12,634 bases of DNA from the NCBI GenBank assembly GCA_031459535.1, contig JAVKIJ010000084.1:1-12634 (forward strand), given 5' to 3'. Every line of letters starts with the position of its first letter. Within the stretch, counting starts at the first letter, position 1. The position numbers and the translations under genes were made by a program. A model generated the notes under the pieces. The model did not search any database. It saw only the letters and a list, made by a program, of their open reading frames with translations, and had not been told where the DNA came from. This DNA comes from Candidatus Fervidifonticultor quintus. GTDB taxonomy: Bacteria; Sysuimicrobiota; Sysuimicrobiia; Sysuimicrobiales; Humicultoraceae. Shown in pieces: positions 6,346-12,634 of this stretch.

Positions 6346-8538
6346 GTGGCCTCGCGCAAGGCGCTGGTGGTCGTCGAGTCGCCGACCAAGGCGCGGACGT
6401 TGTCCAGGTTGCTGTCGCGCCCCTATGAGGTCCGAGCGTCCATGGGCCATGTCAAGGATCTGCCCAAGAGCCGGCTCGGTGTGGATGTCGAGCAGGACTT
6501 CGCGCCCAAATATATCGTCATCAAGGGCAAGGGCCCGATCATCAAGGAACTCAAGGAGGCTGCCAGGAAGGCCCAGGCGGTCTACATGGCCACTGACCCC
6601 GACCGCGAGGGTGAGGCCATCTCGTGGCACTTGTCCGAAGTCCTGCGGCCCGTGAATCCCCACATCCGCCGCATCGAGTTCCACGAGGTCACCAAAGAGG
6701 CGGTGGCCCGGGCGCTTCGCCATCCCCGGGAGATCGATCAGCGATTGGTCGATGCGCAGCAGGCCCGCCGCATCCTCGACCGTCTGGTCGGCTACAAGCT
6801 CAGCCCACTGTTGTGGCGCAAGGTGCGCGGGGGGCTCAGCGCCGGTCGGGTGCAGTCAGTCGCGGTTCGCCTGATCGTGGACCGTGAGCGCGAGATCGAG
6901 GCGTTCGTGCCCCGCGAGTACTGGTCGGTAGACGGGACGTTCCGGAGCCCGTCTGGCGAGACGTTTAGGGCGCGCCTGGTTGCCCGCAACGGGCAGCGGT
7001 ACGGTACGCCGGCCGACGAGGGCGCGGTGGTCATGGCCACCGAGGCTGAGGCGAACGCTGTGCTCGACGCGCTGCGGCAGGCGTCCTACGTCGTCAGCGA
7101 CGTCCGCCGCAAGGATCAGGTGCGCAATCCGGCGCCGCCATTCACCACCAGCACGCTGCAGCAGGAGGCCAACCGCCGGCTGGGGTTCTCCGCATCGCGC
7201 ACCATGGCTGTTGCCCAGCAGCTCTACGAGGGGCTCGATGTCGGTTCGGGCGGCGCGGTGGGGTTGATCACGTACATGCGGACCGACTCCGTGCGGGTGG
7301 CAGCCGCGGCGCAGCGCGAGGCGCTGGCGTACATCGCCAAGGCGTTTGGGGAGGCCTACCTCCCCCAGCAACCCCGTCGCTACCGGTCGCGCCGTGATGC
7401 CCAGGACGCCCACGAGGCCATTCGCCCTACCAGCCTGAGCCGCACGCCCGAGCGGGTGAAGGCGTTCCTGCGGTCCGACCAGTACCGGCTCTACCGGTTG
7501 ATCTGGGAGCGGTTCCTGGCCAGCCAGATGGCCTCGGCGATCCTGGACACCCTGTCGGTGGATCTGGCCGGCGGCGAGTTCCTCTTTCGGGCCACGGGCA
7601 GCCGCCTCAAGTTCCCGGGCTTCCTGATCCTGTATCGCGAGACGATGGAAGATGGCGAGGAGAACGGCGAGGGCTGGTTGCCCCCTCTAACCGCCGGCGA
7701 TCCGGTGGCCTTGGTCGACCTGTCGCCCGAGCAGCACTTCACGCAGCCGCCGCCGCGGTACACGGAGGCCACGCTGGTGCGGGCACTGGAGGAGCGCGGG
7801 ATTGGCCGGCCCAGCACGTATGCGCCCACCATCGAGACCATCAAGAAGCGCGGCTATGTCCATGTGCACCAGCGTCGGCTGGTGCCGACCGACATGGGCC
7901 GTATGGTGACCGATCTGCTGGTGGAGCACTTTCCGGAGATCGTGGATGTGGACTTTACCGCCCGCGTCGAGGACGACCTGGACCACATCGAAGAGGGCCG
8001 GGCGAACTGGCAGCAGATCGTCCGCGGGTTCTACGGTCCGTTCGAGAAGACCCTGCAGCGGGCCGAGGCCAAGATTCCGGTCGTCGAGCTGCCCGAGGTC
8101 GAGATCGGCGAACCGTGCCCCCAGTGCGGCCGGCCCCTGGTGCGCAAGCACGGTCGGTTCGGGGAGTTCATCGCTTGCTCCGGCTATCCGCAGTGCCGCT
8201 ACACCAGACCGGTCGGTATCGGTGTCCTCTGCCCGAGGTGCGGCGGCGAGATCGTCGCGCGACGCACCAAGCGTGGCCGGATCTTCTATGGATGTTCGAA
8301 CTACCCCACCTGCACGTTCACGTCGTGGGACCGGCCGAGCGAGAAACCGTGCCCGCGGTGCGGGAGCCTGATGGTGATCAGGTCCGGGCGCCGGGGCACG
8401 CAGGTCCGCTGTACCAACGAAGGCTGCGGCCACAGCGAAGGAGTTGGCGAAGGGACGACCCCCCCGTCGCCTGAACCCGCAGCCGTCGCGGCCGGGTGGG
8501 GGCCCGGTGGGCCTGCGCGCCACCCTGGGAAGGGATAA
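6346..8538 (+). CDS. topA: DNA topoisomerase I (type IA) with three C-terminal C4 zinc ribbons
   Basis: TOPRIM LVVVESPTKA and ATDPDREGEAI, SAGRVQS, catalytic GLITYMRTDS, AQDAHEAIRPT, GIGRPSTYA, and CPQCG/CPRCG/CPRCG zinc fingers. GTG 6346 follows GGAGG (6335-6339); the ORF-track start at 6052 overlaps dprA and is rejected. Confidence 0.98.
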   Translation: MASRKALVVVESPTKARTLSRLLSRPYEVRASMGHVKDLPKSRLGVDVEQDFAPKYIVIKGKGPIIKELKEAARKAQAVYMATDPDREGEAISWHLSEVLRPVNPHIRRIEFHEVTKEAVARALRHPREIDQRLVDAQQARRILDRLVGYKLSPLLWRKVRGGLSAGRVQSVAVRLIVDREREIEAFVPREYWSVDGTFRSPSGETFRARLVARNGQRYGTPADEGAVVMATEAEANAVLDALRQASYVVSDVRRKDQVRNPAPPFTTSTLQQEANRRLGFSASRTMAVAQQLYEGLDVGSGGAVGLITYMRTDSVRVAAAAQREALAYIAKAFGEAYLPQQPRRYRSRRDAQDAHEAIRPTSLSRTPERVKAFLRSDQYRLYRLIWERFLASQMASAILDTLSVDLAGGEFLFRATGSRLKFPGFLILYRETMEDGEENGEGWLPPLTAGDPVALVDLSPEQHFTQPPPRYTEATLVRALEERGIGRPSTYAPTIETIKKRGYVHVHQRRLVPTDMGRMVTDLLVEHFPEIVDVDFTARVEDDLDHIEEGRANWQQIVRGFYGPFEKTLQRAEAKIPVVELPEVEIGEPCPQCGRPLVRKHGRFGEFIACSGYPQCRYTRPVGIGVLCPRCGGEIVARRTKRGRIFYGCSNYPTCTFTSWDRPSEKPCPRCGSLMVIRSGRRGTQVRCTNEGCGHSEGVGEGTTPPSPEPAAVAAGWGPGGPARHPGKG

Positions 8539-8544
8539 GCCGCA

Positions 8545-9501
8545 GTGCGCCCCGTCGGTCGCCGCGCTGCCCAGCCATCAACGCCCGTCGCTCGTGCGGG
8601 GTCGGGCTCACCGGATCGCGACCTCGAGGACTTCCTCCACATGCTGGAGGCCGAGCAGAACGCCTCGCCCCACACGAGGGCGGCGTACCGGCGTGATCTC
8701 CAAGCGTTCCGGCGCTTCCTGCGCGCCGAGCGCGTACATAGCTGGGACGGCGTGACCCCGGCCCTGGCGAGGCGGTACCTGGCGACCCTGCACCAGCGGT
8801 ACGAGCGCGCGTCGGTCGCCAGACGGCTCTCGAGCCTGCGGTCGTTCTATCGGTTCCTGCGGCGCGAGGGTCGGGTGACGGCGAGCCCGATGCGGTTGAT
8901 CTCCGCGCCCCGCCGCCGTCGGAGGCTGCCCGGCGCCCTGACGCACGATGCGGTGGCGGCGCTGCTGGCCGCGCCGCCACTCGATCAGCCGACTGGCCTG
9001 CGCGACCGCGCCATCCTCGAACTGCTCTACGCCGGCGGACTGCGGGTCGGCGAACTCGTAGCCCTCCGCTGCGGGCAGGTCCATGGCGATGAGATCCGCG
9101 TGCGCGGGAAGGGCGGCAGAGATCGCCTCGTGCTGGTCGGCAGCCAGGCGGCCGCCTGGCTGCGTCGCTATCTCGCCGAAGCGAGGCAGAAGCTGGCCAT
9201 CCCGCGCGGCGCCCGCCGCGACACCGACGCCCTCTTCCTCAATGCCCGCGGCGGCCCGCTCACCACCCGGGCGGTGCAGCTGCTGGTGGCCCGGTGGGTG
9301 CGCGCGGCGGCGGTCCAGCAACGCACAACGCCCCACGTGCTCCGGCACACGTTCGCCACGCACCTGCTCGACGGTGGCGCCGACCTGCGCGCGGTGCAGG
9401 AGCTGCTCGGCCACGCCAGCCTGGCCACCACCCAAATCTACACCCACGTCTCCCGGGAGCACCTCAAGCGCATCTACGCTCAGGCCCATCCTCGGGCCTG
9501 A
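8545..9501 (+). CDS. xerC: Tyrosine recombinase XerC/XerD family
   Basis: N-terminal [12 protein letters not shown] and [16 protein letters not shown]. Intact catalytic set in [52 protein letters not shown], ending HPRA. Position after topA favours xerC; XerC and XerD cannot be fully separated by eye. Confidence 0.9.
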   Translation: MRPVGRRAAQPSTPVARAGSGSPDRDLEDFLHMLEAEQNASPHTRAAYRRDLQAFRRFLRAERVHSWDGVTPALARRYLATLHQRYERASVARRLSSLRSFYRFLRREGRVTASPMRLISAPRRRRRLPGALTHDAVAALLAAPPLDQPTGLRDRAILELLYAGGLRVGELVALRCGQVHGDEIRVRGKGGRDRLVLVGSQAAAWLRRYLAEARQKLAIPRGARRDTDALFLNARGGPLTTRAVQLLVARWVRAAAVQQRTTPHVLRHTFATHLLDGGADLRAVQELLGHASLATTQIYTHVSREHLKRIYAQAHPRA

Positions 9502-9519
9502 GCCCCGTCCGGGGGTTTT
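9501..9519 (+). terminator. Weak candidate intrinsic terminator after xerC
   Basis: AGCCCC-gtccg-GGGGTT short stem running into TTTT immediately after the stop codon. Confidence 0.3.
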
Positions 9520-9536
9520 CCTGCGTCGTGCAGGCA

Positions 9537-9545
9537 TGCTATACT
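9537..9545 (+). promoter_or_regulatory. Extended -10 promoter (TGCTATACT) for the rpsB-tsf-pyrH-frr operon
   Basis: TG-n-TATACT in the xerC-rpsB spacer; the -35 position (TTTCCT, 9517-9522) is weak, as expected for extended -10 promoters. Confidence 0.7.
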
Positions 9546-9571
9546 ACCGCGGGATTGCCGCCCCGCGCGGC

Positions 9572-9636
9572 GCGGTCTTGACGCAGGCACCCCGCAAAGT
9601 CGGCAACGATTTTGCGGGGTTTCTGTGCGGGGCCGC
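9572..9636 (+). other. Long stem-loop with GCAA tetraloop in the rpsB upstream region
   Basis: Core ACCCCGCAAAGTCG-GCAA-CGATTTTGCGGGGT (9589-9620; 14 bp with one G-U), extendable through CGCAGG/TCTGTG and GGTCTTG/CGGGGCC. Confidence 0.75.
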
Positions 9637-9654
9637 CGGCGAGGCGGGTTCTAT

Positions 9655-9785
9655 CACGCACGCGTACCTGACCCGGCGAGGGTGTCGGTTTTTCCGGCCT
9701 CGGCCCGGCCTCCGGGGATGAGGGACGCGGAGGAACGCAACCATGCGGGACGCGGGTGGGCGCCGGGTCCCAAGAGGAGGACAGC
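9655..9785 (+). promoter_or_regulatory. Ribosomal protein S2 (rpsB) autoregulatory leader RNA
   Basis: CACGCACGCG...GGTGTC...GATGA...CGCGGAGG...AACC layout resembles the conserved rpsB leader. Basal stem CGCGTACCT (9661-9669) pairs with AGGGACGCG (9721-9729). SD GAGGAGG at 9774-9780. Confidence 0.65.
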
Positions 9786-10586
9786 GTGCCAGTTGTCACC
9801 ATGAAGCAGTTGCTCGAGGCCGGGGTGCACTTCGGGCACCAGACCCGTCGCTGGAACCCCAAGATGAGCCGGTTCATCTTCACCGAGCGCAACGGCATCC
9901 ACATCATCGATCTGCAGAAGAGCGTGCCGCTCATCGAGGAGGCGTATCGGTTCGTCCGCGAGACGGTGGCTGGGGGCGGTGACGTGCTCTTCGTCGGTAC
10001 CAAGAAGCAGGCCCAGGACGCCATCCGCGAGGAGGCCACCCGGGCGAGTCAACCGTTCGTCAACCAGCGCTGGCTGGGCGGCATGCTGACCAACTTCCAG
10101 ACCATTCGCCGGCGGGTGGAGCGGTTGCGCGAGATCGAGGACATGAAGACCCGCGGCGTCATGGACGTGCTGCCCAAGCGGGAGCAGGCGCGGCTGCTGG
10201 AAGAGGCCGCCCGGCTCGAAAAGTTCCTGGGCGGGATCAAGACCATGGCCAAGTTGCCCTCGGCCGTCTATGTGGTGGACACCCGCCAGGAGCACATCGC
10301 GGTGGCCGAGGCGCGCAAGCTCGGTATTCCCGTCGTCGCCATTCTCGACACCAACTGTGATCCCGACGAGGTGGACTATCCCGTCCCCGGCAACGATGAC
10401 GCCATCCGCGCGGTCCGACTGATCACCAACCGCATCGCCAACGCCTGCGTCGAAGGCCTGGAAGAGCGGCGCAAGCGTCAGGTGCACGAGGAGCCAGTCG
10501 AAGGCGTCGATGCCGGAGAAGAGGAAGACCAGATGGCCCTGGGGGCTGGTGTGGAGTTCCCCGAGACCGTGGGTTCAGACGCTTAG
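9786..10586 (+). CDS. rpsB: 30S ribosomal protein S2
   Basis: [71 protein letters not shown] 9786 follows the SD. Acidic C-terminal tail. Confidence 0.99.
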   Translation: MPVVTMKQLLEAGVHFGHQTRRWNPKMSRFIFTERNGIHIIDLQKSVPLIEEAYRFVRETVAGGGDVLFVGTKKQAQDAIREEATRASQPFVNQRWLGGMLTNFQTIRRRVERLREIEDMKTRGVMDVLPKREQARLLEEAARLEKFLGGIKTMAKLPSAVYVVDTRQEHIAVAEARKLGIPVVAILDTNCDPDEVDYPVPGNDDAIRAVRLITNRIANACVEGLEERRKRQVHEEPVEGVDAGEEEDQMALGAGVEFPETVGSDA

Positions 10587-10604
10587 GAGATGCGAGGCTA
10601 ACGG

Positions 10605-11180
10605 ATGCGTGTGTCCACGGAGATGGTGAAAACCCTGCGGGCCCGCACCGGGGCCGGCGTTATGGACTGTCGTCGCGCGCTGGAAGAGGCCAACGGCGAC
10701 CTCGACGCCGCCGTAGCGTTGCTCCGCGCCAAGGGTCTGGCAGCGGCGGCGAAGCGCGCGGGTCGGGCGGCCACGGAGGGGGTCGTGGAAGCCTATGTGC
10801 ACCCGGGCAGCCGGCTCGGCGCTCTGGTTGAGGTGAACTGCGAGACGGACTTCGTGGCACGCACAGAGGAGTTCAGGACCCTCGCGCGGGAACTGGCCAT
10901 GCAGGTCGCCGCCACCGCGCCGCGGTACGTCTCCAAGAACGACGTCCCGCCCGAGGAGCTGGCCCTGCGCCGAGCCGAGATTCTCAGAGAGTCCCCCGGC
11001 GCCTCCGACGACGAGGTCGAGAGGCAGTTGGGTCTGTGGTGCGCTGAGGTGGCCCTGCTCGAGCAGCCCTACATCCGCGACGCGGGCCGGCGAGTGGCCG
11101 ATGTGGTAGCAGACGCCGTGGCGCGGACTGGCGAGGACATCCGGGTCAGGCGGTTCGCGCGGTTCAGGCTGGGAGAGTAG
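10605..11180 (+). CDS. tsf: Translation elongation factor Ts (short form)
   Basis: [66 protein letters not shown]; directly downstream of rpsB. Confidence 0.96.
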   Translation: MRVSTEMVKTLRARTGAGVMDCRRALEEANGDLDAAVALLRAKGLAAAAKRAGRAATEGVVEAYVHPGSRLGALVEVNCETDFVARTEEFRTLARELAMQVAATAPRYVSKNDVPPEELALRRAEILRESPGASDDEVERQLGLWCAEVALLEQPYIRDAGRRVADVVADAVARTGEDIRVRRFARFRLGE

Positions 11181-11200
11181 CCGCCGACCAAGGAGCGACC

Positions 11201-11953
11201 ATGAACACGGCAACGGACGCCGCCTGGCGGCCTGTGTACCGGCGGGTGCTCCTCAAACTCAGCGGCGAGGCGCTGGCCGGGGACGGCGGCGCGGGGCTGG
11301 ACCCCCACGTCCTCCAGCTGGTCGCGTCTGAAGTCCAGCAGATCGTCAGCCGCGGCGTCCAGGTCGCCATCGTGGTGGGCGGCGGCAACATCGTGCGCGG
11401 CTCGGACCTGAGCAAACGCCTGGGCATTGAAGAGGTCACCGGTCACACCATGGGCATGCTGGCCACGGTGATCAATGGCCTGGCCCTGATGGACGCCATG
11501 GAGCGTGCGGGCCTCGTGGTGCGCGTGCAGTCGTCCATCGAAATGCACCAGGTGGCCGAACCGTTCATCCGCCGGCGCGCGCTCCGCCACCTCGAGAAGG
11601 GCCGGGTGGTGATCTTCGTGGGTGGGACCGGCAGTCCGTACTTCAGCACCGACACCGCCGCTGCGCTGCGTGCGATCGAGATCCAGGCCGATGCGCTCCT
11701 GATGGCCAAGAAGGGGGTCTCGGGCGTCTACGACAAGGATCCCAGGGAGCATCCCGATGCGGTGATGTACACCCACCTGGATTACATGGACATCCTCAAC
11801 CGGGACCTCCGGGTGATGGACGCCACGGCGGCCGCGCTGTGCAAAGACAACAACATGGACATCATCGTTTTCGATGTGGCTCGCCCCGGGAACATCATTC
11901 GGGCCGTCGCGGGAGATCCGATCGGGACCCTGGTGGGAGGGGCCCGCCGATGA
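11201..11953 (+). CDS. pyrH: UMP kinase
   Basis: [81 protein letters not shown] upstream. Confidence 0.97.
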   Translation: MNTATDAAWRPVYRRVLLKLSGEALAGDGGAGLDPHVLQLVASEVQQIVSRGVQVAIVVGGGNIVRGSDLSKRLGIEEVTGHTMGMLATVINGLALMDAMERAGLVVRVQSSIEMHQVAEPFIRRRALRHLEKGRVVIFVGGTGSPYFSTDTAAALRAIEIQADALLMAKKGVSGVYDKDPREHPDAVMYTHLDYMDILNRDLRVMDATAAALCKDNNMDIIVFDVARPGNIIRAVAGDPIGTLVGGARR

Positions 11954-12507
11954 CCGATGAGGTCCTGGCCGACGCCAGAGCCCGGATGCAGAAGGCCATC
12001 GAGGTCACCCGGCGCGAGTTCGCCGCGCTGCGCGCCGGCCGGGCAAATCCCGCGCTGCTAGAGCATCTGAAGGTGGACTACTATGGCACGCCGACCCCGC
12101 TGCAGACGCTGGCCACCATCACCGCACCCGAACCCCGCCTGCTGGTGCTCAAGCCGTTCGACCGAAACGCGGTCAAAGATATCGAGCGCGCCCTCCTGCA
12201 GAGCGATCTGGGCCTGAATCCCTCCTTTGACGGCGCGGTGTTCCGCATCCCGATCCCGCCGTTGACCGAAGAGCGGCGACGGGATCTGGTGAGGATCGCG
12301 CGCAAGCACGCCGAGGAAGGCCGAGTCGCCATCCGCCACATTCGGCGCGAGGCCAAGGAGATGCTCGAGCAACTCGAGCACGACGGCGACATCTCGGAGG
12401 ACGAGAGCCGCCGGGGCATCGAGCGCCTGCAGCACGTGACCGACGAGATGATCGCGCAACTCGATCACCTGCTCCAGATCAAGGAGCGGGAAATCATGGA
12501 AGTCTAG
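11950..12507 (+). CDS. frr: Ribosome recycling factor
   Basis: [69 protein letters not shown] 11950 overlaps the pyrH stop (ATGA) and has GGAGG upstream. Confidence 0.98.
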   Translation: MTDEVLADARARMQKAIEVTRREFAALRAGRANPALLEHLKVDYYGTPTPLQTLATITAPEPRLLVLKPFDRNAVKDIERALLQSDLGLNPSFDGAVFRIPIPPLTEERRRDLVRIARKHAEEGRVAIRHIRREAKEMLEQLEHDGDISEDESRRGIERLQHVTDEMIAQLDHLLQIKEREIMEV

Positions 12508-12634
12508 GGTGTCCTGTTTGGACGTAGTGTTTGCACTTGAGGAGCTGCCCTTGGTGAAGACAGGAGGGCCATCGCCCAGGCTCCAACCGAGGTGTTGCAA
12601 CCAGCAAGACCTGGGGAGGGGATGGGCAGATGAC

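Noticed and set aside
8545..9501. Integrase of a mobile element
   Set aside because: It has a chromosomal Xer signature (YTHV…HPRA) in core synteny, with no cargo genes, tRNA or att repeats beside it.
9578..9610. TTGACG as a -35 element, or CGCAAAG as part of a c-di-GMP-I riboswitch
   Set aside because: No -10 at a 16-18 nt spacing; the other riboswitch elements are missing and GCAAAG is fully paired in a simple hairpin.
11839..11949. Extended frr N-terminus in the ORF track
   Set aside because: It overlaps pyrH; the SD and ATGA coupling support a start at 11950.
889..12600. Many long antisense or alternate-frame ORFs (e.g. 4590..5543, 7687..8523, 8608..9537, 9654..10487)
   Set aside because: Expected in high-GC DNA with strong third-position bias; they overlap well-supported genes and show no domain motifs.
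12555..12615. Fluoride (minus-strand GGCGATGG) or cobalamin (AGACCTG) riboswitch fragments
   Set aside because: Only short isolated words match; the remaining conserved cores are absent.

Overview
High-GC bacterial chromosomal window, mostly conserved housekeeping sequence. At the left end, a BldC/excisionase-type (HTH_17, MerR-like) DNA-binding gene runs off the window on the minus strand; it is absent from the supplied ORF track. It is divergent from a TAXI-type TRAP transporter (binding protein plus fused 4TM/12TM permease). The + strand then carries comM(yifB)-dprA-topA-xerC and the rpsB-tsf-pyrH-frr translation operon with an S2-type autoregulatory leader. I see no CRISPR array, IS element, phage gene or convincing new multi-gene system. 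The items worth follow-up are mostly regulatory: (i) 10-bp-phased AATT repeats directly upstream of the BldC-like gene; (ii) dif-arm-like motifs in the same AT-rich spacer; (iii) a candidate internal, possibly leaderless dprA promoter; (iv) a long GNRA-capped hairpin upstream of the rpsB leader; (v) divergent motifs in EF-Ts and PyrH. All family assignments come from motif recognition by eye, not from database searches.
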